A stretch of 49,958 nt of DNA, filler included, from Catajapyx aquilonaris (GCA_000934665.2; 2 parts of 2 records of this genome joined end to end with filler, not necessarily neighbours in it), one strand, 5' to 3'. Counted from the first letter of the whole stretch, positions 1-12,939 are shown. Program-made: numbers and translations. Notes: generated by a model from the sequence alone, not told the origin.

Positions 1-506
1 ATAGCCATAATTATTGCAAAGGTTACTACTAAATCAATGAGTCACTCCTATGGAAAAGTCTTTCATAACCCGAGCAACGCCGGGTATCCTGCTAGTTTTT
101 TATATTTTCATTGTTGAATTTTGCGATACATTTTTTGGGGAAGGAGTTGGCCTTACTGCCGTGCGGGAGGCGGCAAGGGGAGTGGCGGCAGGGGGCACTG
201 GCTGCGTCCGAAACAGCGAGTGGGCAGTGAGGCAGGTTATAGGCAGGCAGACTGTACCAATTTAGTGATAATAATCGAATTTGCTTACATGCAATTGATT
301 CCATAAAAATCCTGGCTTTCTGGCTCTCATTATGAATTGTTCCGTCCGAATGTTTGCATTGCACAATATTAAATGGACAGCTTTGGCTACAGACTGTGGA
401 CTTGATTTTCTTGCCTCATTTTCTATCTGGCTCCAGCAGCATCCCATCTCGGGGGGAAGCTATATACTCCGCTGTCTCTCGCCCCCACCTTTCCATCCCC
501 TTAAAT

Positions 507-652
507 AGGAAGTGGCGGATTTTTGCCGATCGTAAGAGCTCCGGCCGCACTCCTTAGACTCCAAGAGAGCGCGAAGAATCAGAAAAATCCGTCGCACCTG
601 AAGGAAACAAAGGCCCCGTCTTATAACCAGGTTACCCCTCAGCTAATGGGAG
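507..652 (+). repeat. Copy A of a ~145-bp inverted duplicated non-coding element
   Basis: AGGAAGTGGCGGATTTTTGCC...AAAAATCCGTCGCACCTGAAGGAAACAAAGGCCCCGTCTTATAACCAGGTTACCCCTCAGCTAATGGGAG aligns to the reverse complement of 8699-8842. Confidence 0.95.
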
Positions 653-1388
653 TCTATTTAGCCCTATATGTATAGTACCATCCACCCTCTCTCTCTCTCT
701 GATGCCGACCTTTTCCTATATTATACCCTCCCATCCATCCTCACTTCATTGCCTTCCTAACGTTGTAGGAAAAGCAAAGTTACACGTCCCCCTGCGGAGC
801 TTGTTTTGATTATCACTCGGGGGCAAAGTCGAGACAAGTAAAGTGCCTCCTTTCCCATCCCACAACCTCGTCTCCATATACTCTTGCAGATTGAGGGGGC
901 TTCCAACTATATACACACGACATGTCGACATCTTCCACACGAGGTTGTTATACATTGTTTACGCAATTAATAGTGGCGTTATGTATATCGGCCGCGCACT
1001 CAAGAAGGGGGTTTGCCATAGATAGAATCTCAATTTATATACCTAATCCACTTATTCTCTCTGTACACAAGTTTGTCCGTGTTGACTCATCGCCTATTAG
1101 TTACCATAGTTTTCTCCTTCGCCGTTCAACAATAATTATATCGGTCGGCGAGTCAATAATTAAGGCGACGAGACACGTGCTGGTTATAGCACCCTGGTGG
1201 GCTTTGTCCGAGCGGTGACTTATCACCAACGTGCATGCAGTACCACTTTCCCCCTGAGAGCAGCAGTAGTGTCCCAGCTTATGTGCCAACTGGTAGTGGC
1301 CTATCGTACTACTGTACTTCCGCAAGTGGGGGTGGGCCAAGCAGTAGCTTTGCCAAAATTAGCAACGAGTCCGATACTAGTTTTTATA

Positions 1389-1596
1389 CAGGGTGGTCCA
1401 AGTTCAAGTGTCGTTTTATAACGGCGATTAATAGCAGTGATTTTGCGATGACGTAGCAGCGACGCGTAAAATGTCCCACTTCGGCGCATCTTCGGCGACA
1501 TCGAAGTGGGCAATTTTACACGTCGCTGCTACGTCATCGTTAAGCGCTTCTATTAATCGCCGTTATAAAACGACACTTGGAACTTGGACCACCCTG
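1389..1596. mobile_element. Tc1/mariner-type fold-back MITE
   Basis: TA|CAGGGTGGTCCAAGTTC...GAACTTGGACCACCCTG|TA; nearly the whole 208 bp is palindromic; TA flanks. Confidence 0.9.
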
Positions 1597-1658
1597 TATA
1601 AGATTATTTTAAATATATTAGGCTATATATATTATTATATATTATATTTTTATATATA

Positions 1659-2031
1659 CAGGGTGTTTCAACTTTTTTGTCTGAACCCGCCGTTATTGCT
1701 TTTATTGCAGTTATTCCTCTGACAAATCATCGGTTGCAAGTCACTGCTTACAAAGTAGCAGCTACGTGCATAGCTGCTACTCTGTAAGCAGTGACTTGCA
1801 ACCGGTGATTTGTCAGAGGAATGGGGCGGAATGGGGTAAAAGAGGGTCACACATCCCATGGAATGTGTCTGACCCTCTTTTTTCCAGGCTTGACCCTCAC
1901 GTATATGCCACTTCAACCTACGATTCGCAGGGAATAATCCCCGTTCCAGCGTTTGCAAGTCACTGCTTATAAAGTAGCAGCTACGTACAATTTTCCGATA
2001 ACTGTTCGGACAAAAACGTTGAAACACCCTG
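1659..2031. mobile_element. Tc1/mariner-type MITE
   Basis: TA|CAGGGTGTTTCAAC...GTTGAAACACCCTG|TA; internal unit TGCAAGTCACTGCTTA.AAAGTAGCAGCTA occurs three times (one inverted). Confidence 0.88.
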
Positions 2032-2870
2032 TATAATATATAATAGCAAAAAAAATTCATATGCAAGTACCGGTTCCATGGCAAAGAAATTTTTCTCCAC
2101 AAGAATTTGGGTCTCAGACCTTCAAAAAGTAAGAATGCAAAGAGCTAAGCCCACAGTAAAAGGCTTGTCCCAAAGGATCGTAAAATGGCTTCTTGCGCGT
2201 CAGGGCATGGTAGTCACCAGGGCTTCTATGAATGGGGAAGGGTGGGGTTGGATCCCCTTATACTCTAATAGTACCCCCCGCCATCCCTCTGATGCCATTC
2301 GGATTTGCCTCATTTGTTCAAGACTCTTTTTCGGAAAATTAGGCCCGGCCGGATGCAGCAGCAGAAATGCCCAAAATTGGTAAAGGCGATTAGGGAATTG
2401 CGGCTTTGGCTTGGAGGATTGAGGAAAAGCAGCAAGCATTGGATGGAAAGGGGGGGCAGAACCAATTTTCTAATTGTTCCCCCCCCCCCTTCCCCCCTCT
2501 TTCTTCTTCTCAATTCAGTCAAAAAAAGAGAGACGAAGGCTTTAGAAGAACTTATTTTAAAACCGGCCTGGATGCGCGGGCGGTATATATTCCAACAAGG
2601 GGAGGATAGTCCAAGAAAACCATTAACCGGAAGAACTCTTTGAAGGATTATGCTTGCCAAGCCTCTTCGTTTCGCCAGATTTCTTGCGCGCAGAGATTGG
2701 CTCCAAAAAAAAATGTTACTTACTCTTTCGCTGCTTTGAGCCATTTTAAATTGTGTATACATTTACACTGCTTTATGATAATGAGGAAACTCGACCGGAT
2801 CCGGATCTGGTTCACTTCTATAGGTACAGTACTGTAAATCTACGGAAACCTGACACAAACTGTACGTATA

Positions 2871-3257
2871 CAGTGAAACATGCTTATGTTGCACACTGAC
2901 GGTTTCAATAAAAATGTCAAACATGAGGATGGGTCCAACATATTATTAGGATTTCAATCTCATAGTTTCATAGTACAGTACAGTATAATGATGTATGCAG
3001 AGCTCAGTATGGCTCAAGTTTTTAGAGAGAAAAAACGAGGTAGGCCCTACCTGTTGAGTAATTGTGAAAATGGTGTACTGCACGTGTCCAACAACTTAAG
3101 AGTGGAAAAGGTGTCCAACTTCCAAGTTAACGAGGCGTCCAACTTAGCAACAACCGGGGATAGGCTTTTTTTACGGTTCCAAAAATAATGTCCAACATAA
3201 TATTATGGAGGTGGCCAACTTATTAAGGTGTCCAACTTGATAGGTTTCAATTTACTG
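2871..3257. mobile_element. pogo/Tigger-like TA-flanked MITE (family also at 17691-18380)
   Basis: TA|CAGTGAAAC...TTTACTG|TA ends; repeated GTCCAACTT subterminal motifs; similar to 17901-18380 (direct) and 17691-17870 (inverted). Confidence 0.75.
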
Positions 3258-3869
3258 TAATAAATGCTTTTAGTGACATAAAAAATTATTACAGCTCATT
3301 ACTACTTGAATAGCTACTGAATTTGTAGGTCGTTCCTGCTTTGAAAAATCACTCAGTCTTCTAATAAAATAAAATCCTCTATAAATATAATTTTCAGTGT
3401 AACTGTTTAAATATAAACAAATACGTATGTATGCCTTTAAAATAATATTATTGGGCAATTCAGTTAAATTGGAACATCATGTAATCCTACATTACTTGTG
3501 TCGTGATAAATTATTGCATCTGCATGCACAGGTCTATTATGGTGTTAGTACGATATGTTTCCGTTACCGATGATAATAATAGCAATTATTCTGAATTATC
3601 GATCACAAGTACAAATGTAATTAATTTAACCAATGTTCTCCATGCATTTTATTACAGTAAATACTTCATATCTAAATAAAATGTGAAAACAATTAAAGCG
3701 TGGCTCCAATTTGGTGCCAGTTAATCAATTATTTTGATTATTTACACGTTTCAGGTCATACTTATCACACCTGGAAATGTCATTTTTGCAACAAAAAAAT
3801 TATTTAGACCAGAACGATTTAAGAAATCGTCAAAACATTTTCTTATAAAAGAGATATGGTCGAATTTTT

Positions 3870-3956
3870 GTCCCACTGCTATAGTTAGTGCTAACTTAGC
3901 AGTTGACACTGGTAGGCCTATTATACTACTAAGTTAGCAGTAGCTATCAGTGGGAC
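3870..3956. repeat. Short palindromic MITE-like element
   Basis: GTCCCACTGCTATAGTTAGTGCTAACTTAG...CTAAGTTAGCAGTAGCTATCAGTGGGAC; related partial sequence near 19266. Confidence 0.6.
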
Positions 3957-4104
3957 TAATATATTATATTCCACACATTGTCACTTTTAAATCAATTTAT
4001 GAAGTCCTTTAAAATGCAAAAAAATGCAAATGCATAACATTCCGATTTAATAATATTACCTACCCTATCTAATATGTTTTTCTAGACATATACTTATCCA
4101 ATTT

Positions 4105-4290
4105 ACCAACAATTAAACCCGAATAAACCATCATCTTCACGATCTCTTCATCTTTCTACGACTATAGGCCACCTCAGAGTCGATAATGATTACTTCTAAC
4201 AATAGTTATATTGTTTGGAATATCTACTCTATAAGTCGTAAGAAGGTGAAGAGATTGTGAAGAAGGTTCAATCGGGTTCAGTTGTTTGGT
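4105..4290. repeat. Degenerate fold-back (old MITE-like) element
   Basis: Arms ACCAACAATTAAACCCGAAT...CTTCACGATCTCTTCATCTTTCTACGACT and AGTCGTAAGAAGGTGAAGAGATTGTGAAG...ATCGGGTTCAGTTGTTTGGT are imperfect reverse complements. Confidence 0.65.
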
Positions 4291-7200
4291 GACAACTTTG
4301 CAAAATCTTCTCATTAGCTATAATCTCATCTAACCATATACCTACCTTGCATATATGCCAAAAACCTTCAATATTATGACAACCCGAGCATTTTCTCCAT
4401 TAGATATAGGGAGGTGGGACACACATTATGATGATGATGAGATTCTTAATTGTATCCGACCTGGCGTGCAAACCGCTAAACCCCTACTGTCGCCCGATCT
4501 TCCTTTTCCCTTTGGTTACAAACCCGACAACAGACACAATTCAAACGAAAACCCCCAGCTGTCAAGTCGGGGCTTTCCAGGTGTGGCAAAAGGGGGTTTT
4601 GGTGGTTCCAACCTCTCTTTTCTGCATTGCACCCCCATCGAGGCATCATTGACCTCACATAATGCAAAAGGATCGCATCAAAAATGCAGAAGGATCCTAG
4701 AGTAATTAAAACAGATTTCTTTCTGATTCATGCGAGAATAATACTCTTGAGCTATATTTTTGAGAGGGAGGGGGTTTGCATAGCAAATACTCCTAAAGGG
4801 GTTTTTGAAGGGTAGGTTTTGATGATGAAGAAGAAAGAAAAAAAAAAAGCATCCCTCTTTTGAGTGAGCGGAGATGCGATTGAGATTCACCTAGGGTCGT
4901 CTGTGTGGTCTGAATAGAGCCCCACTTGGAAGATAGTCCGGGTACCCGCCAAGGCGTCGCCGCGTTAATGAACCAGCGCTACTTCCTCCTAATCCCGCCA
5001 GAATGAAAAATTACGCTTCCTCTTCGCCGAAGAGCCTCCTTGCCATTATGTCAACAAAAGGAAAAGAGGGCCAGGCGATGATGCCACAGGCCAGGTCTAT
5101 GGGACTTCAAACATTGCCACGACCTCCGACCCAGTCAGTTCAGAACCACCCGAACCTTATGGGGACAATCAAAGGACATGTACTGTCCAATCTGACCCTT
5201 TTACAAACCTGGAGTGACCCTCCAGTGCACTAGGCCTGACCATGCCAACATCTGGCAACCCTGCCGCCGTCTGATCGCCAGTAATCCCTTTTAATCACGT
5301 TTACGACGGAGATTAAAATATTTTTCCCCTTCTTCATTTCCTTCGCTCGCCCCCGGGATTCGCAGATCAAGCCCTTGCCAGCCCTCCAGAAATTTTGAAG
5401 GAACCAAAAATTTCGCGAGTTGCTTCAAACGTCGCCATCTTGTCGTGATTCGACAGCGTGGACGACGCGTCTGGTCCACAAAATGGCGGAGCTAGGCCTA
5501 CCAGCCTATTTCGAGCCAGAAATCGCTGTGTAGGGACCAAATCGCCGAAAAAAATTGGAAAGTCTTCCGATGCATAAGGAAGCTGGAACCATTAGGAGGG
5601 ATCAGAAGAGGGAGCTGGGAATCGCAATGCGATTTCTTCTCCCGAGGATCGCCTCCCGGAATTTCTAATTGTCCGGGAGAGAAGAAGATTCTTTGAGCAC
5701 ACCCCCCCCCCCCTTCCCTTTTCTTCTCCCCTTTTCTTTTTCCCTCGTCATAAGCTGTCAGGGAGATTCAAGCCTCATTTTGCAAGTGAAAAAGGAGCGG
5801 ACGCCTTCTCTTAAAAAGCTTAACGAAGCAAAGAGGTTTTTCCACCACACCCCACCTCCCCCCATCTCCCACCAATTAAGAACGAGGCCCAAGGGGTTAA
5901 GGCGTCGCTTCGTGATTCGGCCCCAAAAAATGGCCTGGATTTGGAGGGCCAAGAGACCGCTTGATGAGCTTCTTGGTCACTAAGCCCTGGGGACTTGGAA
6001 GCACTTCAGTTCTTAAGTGAGTTAAGACCCATTCGGGGTATGATCTCGCATTACGAGTTTTGATGTGTTGCTTCCCGTTCGTCTTTCTTTTTTTTACCAT
6101 TTACTTCTCTCCTCCGGATGCTTGGTTTTCTTCCTTTTCTTTTTTTCCTCTGTGGGTGCCCCGCCGCCCTTCAAAATCTGTAGGATGAACAGGACCGTCG
6201 GACCGAATAATTCCGTTTGGACTGTTTTTATGCCCAGAGAGGGGGGAAGTCTCATTCGGAAAAGACTTGGGTCGGAAATGGGTGACGCTATTTTGCCGTT
6301 TAATGGAGCTGATGCAGACGTGAATAACTCTAACCCTTTTTTTCGGCTTGTAATCGACGTCTTTGTTTAGCACTTAAGCAATGTGAGCAATGGGCTGCCA
6401 GTTTTCGCAGAAATAGCCCAAGTCAAAATGTTAAACACTTAAAATTTGGTGATTTTTGAGACACACGGTTTGAAGATTTCATCCTCACTTTTGTGATCAT
6501 TATTTTGCTATAGTTTATACCTCCTGATATTAGAAGAGGGTTGCACGTGAGTAAATTATTTTGAACAAAATATGACTAGTGTTTTCTATGCCTTCATAAG
6601 TGTGGCTACGTGAACTGATAACCATTTCTCTGGGGGGATGTAATTGGGCTGGAAAAATGGACTAATGTAGCTATAACTACATTGACCAAAATAATTAGAC
6701 TGATTGTCGTATAGCAAAAAGTGAACAGAAGTTCACCCATAGAGATGGTTTGCCTGAATCATTTTACGAAACAATGCAGGGAGTTGCATCAGGTGAATAA
6801 GCCTTTCCCATTTCGCCTGGGGCTAAAATATGCTCGAGTCTCAAATACATTTTTTTTTTCTCTCTGCCATACCCAATATGGAGGCATCCTTTTTTTTTGG
6901 TTCCCAACCCTCCAAAGGCGATTTAGCCCTGATTCACGTGTGAGTGTATAGTCTTGCTTTTCCTGGAGTGAAGGTTTAGCGCCCTGGTCGTAAAAGGGCG
7001 GTCGGAAGCAAATCATCTTGACCATTCGCATGCGGACCCAAACTCGACCCAGCACCTGAACCCAGTCCCAGAAGAAAAAGAAGAAGAAGAAAAAGCAAAA
7101 TCCTCCGCCATGACACTTCTCCAGATGGTATATGGCGCCACGCTGCGGGGATTCGTTTTACTTTGGCCTCTCCTTACAAAAACTAAGTCGACCAGGCGAG

Positions 7201-7677
7201 GCATAGATATCACCATTGTCAGACACACACACACACAAAAATAAAAGTGGGGGGACAAAGAGGGCCAAAATTTTCAATCTGAAAAAGGGGCTTTTGGGGA
7301 TCGGAGAAGCCTACATGTTGCTTATGCGGACTTGCGCTGTTTATTTTTTTCTTCTTCTTCTTCTTTTACTGGGAAGGGGTGATGGAAACTCTGGACTTGA
7401 GCCTATGAACTAGCAGCTGCGGTCCAACGGGACTCTGATTTAAAATCTGTCCCATATATCCAGTAGTAGTGCAAATCAACATTTTTTTCGGTCTAAAAGT
7501 AGCCTCCCCTAAAAAATTGTAGGGTCATTTTAACGCGGAAAATGTTCTGTACTTAGGATCATTATATCAACTCAAGAAAAGTTTCAGTGTGATTATGACA
7601 TACACTACTGTAATCCGTGATTTAATACAGATTTATAAAAGTCACATACTGATGGAAGTTCAATGATTACGGCAAGC

Positions 7678-7889
7678 CTATCGTTTATCCGCACCTAGCG
7701 ACGAGGCGGGGTTGGGAAGGTGTGGTGGACTCCAAACATATGTTGGCTATACGTGTTGCAAACAATCGGTTGCCGAGAGAGCACAACAAAGGGCGTAACA
7801 AAGGGCGTCTTCTTACCCAAGGCACCCGATTGTTTGCGACGCAACGTTGCCAACCCCGACCGCGTTGTTAAGGTGCGGATAAACAATAG
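7678..7889. mobile_element. Fold-back MITE-like element, superfamily unresolved
   Basis: CTATCGTTTATCCGCACCT...AGGTGCGGATAAACAATAG termini plus inner arms GCAAACAATCGG/CCGATTGTTTGC; no clear TSD. Confidence 0.7.
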
Positions 7890-8698
7890 TTTATCCGTAT
7901 TGTTTGTTTGTCTGTTGTTTCCTCACATCATAAAATCACTGATCATTTAGGATTTCAAATCTAAACTGAATATATTTTTTGGCTAAACAACACCCAAACC
8001 ATGACCCACACTGATGATTCCAACACAACAGTCCTGTCCAGAGAAACTGGCACGCCTGCAACGTAGGCAACAGCACGGAGGAGTCACGGATTGCCCACCT
8101 CTCAGGATGAAACGTTTGGTCATCCACTTTTCCTTCTCTGGGATAAAAAGTGCTCATGTTTTTATTCTGCGTGGTTGTACGTACTTCATGTTAAAATTAC
8201 AGTCCATGGCCTTCACATGTCTGCCTCCTCTTCAGGAGGAAGTACACAAAGTCATAATGTTGGGGGCTTCGTCGTCGAAACAATATTCCCCCCCCCAACC
8301 CTCCCTTGCGGTGTCCACATATCAGCCCGTCACCTTCTAAAGGGTTGAAGGGTTTTGGCCAACGTCGTGAGGACGGAAATCCCATCTCCCTACCTCCCCT
8401 CCCCCCAGCTCCTCTCTCCTCCTCCTCCAACTCTTAATAGCATTACTCCGATTCTAATGGGGTCCTTAAACGTCGTCCCGCACGTATTAATACGATTAGA
8501 GTCGGTAGCTCCATCTTCCGGCCGTCCCCACGCTTAAGACGATGATCCTCCCCGGCCTCTCCTCTTCTCCTCCTACCTACCCCCCCTTATATTATACACT
8601 ATATACACTCCCTCTTCCTACCCCCCCTTTACCCTTCTTGCTAATTTTATTTTCATTTTAATTGGGCGCAAATGAAGGGAAATGAAAGAGGGGGTGGG

Positions 8699-8842
8699 CT
8701 CCCATTAGCTGAGGGGTAACCTGGTTATAAGACGGGGCCCTTTGTTTCCTTCAGGTGCGACGGATTTTTAAAAATTCTTCGCGCTCTTTACCTAAGGAGT
8801 GCGGCCGAAGCTCTTACGCCTGGCAAAAATCCGTCACTTCCT
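8699..8842 (-). repeat. Copy B of the ~145-bp inverted duplicated non-coding element
   Basis: Reverse complement matches 507-652; the last ~69 nt differ only by a single G indel. Confidence 0.95.
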
Positions 8843-9150
8843 CTTCAAGTGGGTGATGCTTCACTAAAGTAAAAGGCTGGAGGGGGAAGAGAAGCTTTCC
8901 ACCAAAGAGACCAAAAGAGTCAAGAGCGAGGGTGGATGGATGGATGACACCCACGGCAAAGGAAATTCCGCATCGGATCGTCCTAACAAAATGTCTACAG
9001 AAAGTGTTGGAATTTCATAGCAATAAGCTCATTGATAGCATATGATTCATAAAAACATGGTCATATTCAGAAACTATCGAGGACTAACTTTAGATCAGAG
9101 TGGCTAACAACAGGGATTCATTTAAAAACGAATCATTCAGAAACAATTGC

Positions 9151-9400
9151 ACTAGCAGGGGACCCGTTCTTCGCTCGGGGGATTGATAAATGAATGAAGT
9201 TTGTAAAAGTTTGCTCATTATAATAAAGCAACCTTTAAAACAAAAAACACTTTTAAAAAGTTCGGTTTTCGGACTTTTTCCTGAATCGTCTGCACGTTGG
9301 ACATCGGTTTGCCAAGTTTCAGTACTCTCAGTACTCCGGAAGTGCTTTAAATATCCATGACATACATATGGACAAACTTTCTGGTTCATATATAAGTATA
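9151..9400 (+). mobile_element. Non-autonomous Helitron/Helentron-like repeat, copy 1
   Basis: ACTAGCAGGGGACCCGTTCTTCGCTCGGG...GGTTTTCGGACTTTT...CATACATATG...TATAAGTATA; similar to 22360-22660 and, inverted, 24245-24486. Classification is by resemblance to arthropod ACTAG-starting short elements. Confidence 0.6.
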
Positions 9401-10341
9401 CCGGTATATCGAGAGAATATTGCTTTCTATTGTCGACTACAAAATATCTTAGATATGTTGCTTAGATATGCCGGATAATGTTTTATTAAGGTGGTACAAC
9501 ATAACAGTAGTCTAATATAAAAGGAACACCTAACTCTTACAATCATGTTAGTGAAATCAGGCATGGAATATATTCTTGTAATGCAATTTTGTTTAAAAAA
9601 ATAACTTCTTTCCTTGTGCTTCATTTGTGCAAATCGACAAAAAAATCTGCAAATTTTGGCTGAAAATGTAGCGAATTCTACTCTGCAGTATATTATGATC
9701 AGCTTTTTTCCATCACTTAAGCACATTGTGACATGTGACACAAAATTATTGTCATTTTTACTTGAATTAAGTTCAATTGTGGCTCATTCTGCATACAATT
9801 AATGTGAACAATCCGTTGCAATTTTGTAATAGTTTAGCACAGTAATAATACTTGACGCAATATTATTTCCCATATAGTCTTACAATTTTAAAGCAGTAAC
9901 CTGTCACAAAACAATTTTAAAAAAAACATGCTGATGTAACACCCTTAGATTTGCCAATAAATTCCACAAGGCCCCATTAAACGGCCACCTTTTGTGTTTC
10001 GTCACCGTTTCAGGGGAGGGACATGGAAGTACGTCAATCTGATAATTCAATGATTGGAGGGGGGGGGGGGTTTGGGATGATGCAGCTAGGGGAAGAGGGG
10101 AGGAAAGTGTCCGGAGGTGATGGGGGAGAATGTTGGGGTGGAACCAGAGAATTATATGGACAGACTTATTGGAGAGAGAGAAGAGGGGGGCCTTCAAATC
10201 ATCCCTATAGTGATTTGAGCACATATCTCTTTATTGCTCATATAATGTTGTTTATGTTTACTGTGTTGTTGTTCCTCGTTTTTCTGTCCCCATCGTTTGT
10301 CCCTGCCGCCTAAATTTAACAAACAATCAATCAGCGCCACC

Positions 10342-10419
<78 letters not shown>
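10342..10419. repeat. (AAT)n microsatellite, ~26 units
   Basis: Uninterrupted trinucleotide run. Confidence 0.98.
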
Positions 10420-12939
10420 TGACCACCTTCAATTGATCAAATCAAGTGAATCAAATTTTGTGGAGGGCAGGCAACTTTCGATTCGCTCTTTTTCCACCAT
10501 CGGCTCGTGACGCCACCAGTACAACACCGTGTCCATCACTGTGCGCACAGAGATTGGAGTGAAGAAGTTCATAAGAAAACAAACCAGTTCTCCAGAGATA
10601 TTTTCGATATGAAGATAGACAAAAAAAAAATTGGGACACACTACAGCATTTCATTTTAGGAGCTCCTGTGCGCGGTTCTTTCGCTTTTCAGGTGTTGTGA
10701 CTCTGGGTCCAATCTACGTTACCTGCCAGCAGACCCTGCTTCTTGCTTCCTTTTTGTGCCATATCCCTTTGAGTCGATTCTAACTGATAGAGAAACGCGA
10801 CTTCCTCTTTCTCTCTCTCTCTCTCTCTCTCTCCGCCACAAGCAAGGTAGCTCCAGCACAGGAGAAAATAAATGGCAGCGCAACACACACAGTCCCGCAA
10901 GAGAGTCGGCTTGTCTCCTATTGTTTTAAAATAAAAGGGAGTCGGGGGTGGTGGTGAAATCCGGTTTGAAAAGAAGAAGGGCGGAGCTGGCTGCTGGATG
11001 CTTTTTTTGTTGTTGCTTCTGGCTGCCATTCGGAGAGACACAAGATACAAAAGTAATCGCTACATCTAAAACTAACTCATCTGAACGCTCCCCACATCTT
11101 TCGCCTTCTAGTTGCAGTTTGGTGGAGATGAAATGGAACGGCTCTATACAGATTTCTTCATTAGAGGTAAAAGGTCGCCAGACGAGTTTTTTTTGTCTAT
11201 AGGAAAATATTACAGTGAATGGCCAGAAAAAAAAAGTCAGAATCAAGGGGTAGAAAAATAGGGGTCATCTCCAGAAGGTCGCCAGATATTTCATTAATTA
11301 ATTAATCAGAATATTTTTCCATAAATGAATGGTACGTTATGGCAACAATGTTCAAAAAAATTCACACATAATGCAATATTTGAGATTCATAAAATTATGT
11401 CGAATATGTTTTTATTTCATTTTGTATACTGTACTTAGGACATTGAACCAAAATATAAATTACAGTTATTCTCATCGATTAATTATTTAGTTAATCAGGA
11501 TATTTCTCTATGTGAATTGTACTTTCTCGGAATATATTTTTCTGATTGGTAAATTAGGAGAATGTTCAAAAAAAATTGCACGCACTTACGTCAAACCCTT
11601 CCATGTCGTATATACGTATGCTGTACATTGGACAATAATATTGAACGTTCATACGTGTGTTACTGGAGGTACTGTACATTGCAAAATATGTTGCCCACCT
11701 GGCCTCACTCATTCCAAACGACATATAACAGCTCCAAATTTTTTCCCCCTGTATTTTTTCGTTATTTTTTTTACCCGCCTTGCTGGTTCTGCTGAAGGCT
11801 TTGCATCACGTGAATTTTTCCACCTTCTTTGCAGACGACGTCTTCGGTAGTGACCGTCTGTTTGCCATTCCTTCTCAGGGCTCCAGATGAAAGTGTTTCA
11901 ATTCCTTTCCGAAAGCAATCCATTCCCTTTGCCTTTCCCTTTGCGCTTCTCCTCTCTTACATCCTCCCCCCCCCCNCCCCCCCCCCCTTCAAATTTTTTT
12001 CTCTCCCGCCTCTTCTCCTCGTCCAGTTGGAATTCTTAAGTGCTGCTAATTGGCAAGAATTATCTAAGGGAAAAACGCAAAAGAATGGCAAAGCAGGTTG
12101 AGAAAGAGGGGCAATGAAGGTGGGGGTCCCCCGGAGTCTAAATCAGAATGATCCAGCACCCTAAAAATCTCATTGAATTATTCAGGTTCTTCCTGTAGCA
12201 AAAGAGGAGGGGGGGGGGTCGTTTTCATCAGTTGGGCAAAGTACAAGAAGGTCTTCTCTCCTTTCTCTCATCCGCATTTCTGAGGACATGCCTGATGCTG
12301 TCGTCTCGACTAAGAGCTTTATGATCTTTAATTGACCGCTTTTAAGAGTGCACAAAGCCTTGCAAAGGATGGAAGCGAGCCCTCCCCGCCCCCTCTTTTT
12401 AGAATGGATTTTCAAAATTGAGACTCAAAAAAATATTACATGGCCATTGTTAGCCTCGCTCCCTCTCTCAGTGCATTGCAGAAACTTTTAATATCATGTT
12501 TCATTCAGTGTGCTGCTGCAAGGCCTCAGTTTTTGTCATAATTGGAAGAGATTTAATTACCTGGGGACGTTAGCAGGCTGAAATGTTATATTATGTACTC
12601 TTCTTCGTCTCTTTACATCTGATAGTATATCCACACATATTAACAACTGAGGCGTTGATAACGGAAAAGGCATAAGTCACATAAATATTTTTACTGAGGC
12701 TAGACAAAAAAAAACACTGCGAAGAATATTTTATTACACAAAAGTTTTCTTATTGTTGGATTTTGTTACATATAAAGTCATGAAAAGCAATTTATGAGTT
12801 TAACATTTAATTTTAGGGAATATATATATTTTTTATGCGCATTTCTCTTTGTGACTTATGCCATTTCTCCCATGTCAACGCCTCAATTGTTTAAAATATC
12901 CTGTACAAATGTGGCTACATCAAATTCTTTGTCACAGTA

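Noticed and set aside
597..610. Hammerhead ribozyme core in the duplicated element (CTGAAGGAAAC)
   Set aside because: Does not match CUGANGA, and there is no stem II between it and GAAA.
507..8842. Single 8.3-kb DNA transposon bounded by the inverted repeats
   Set aside because: No TSD, no recognisable superfamily terminus, no transposase ORF, and the interior resembles surrounding host DNA. Not fully excluded without a genome-wide search.
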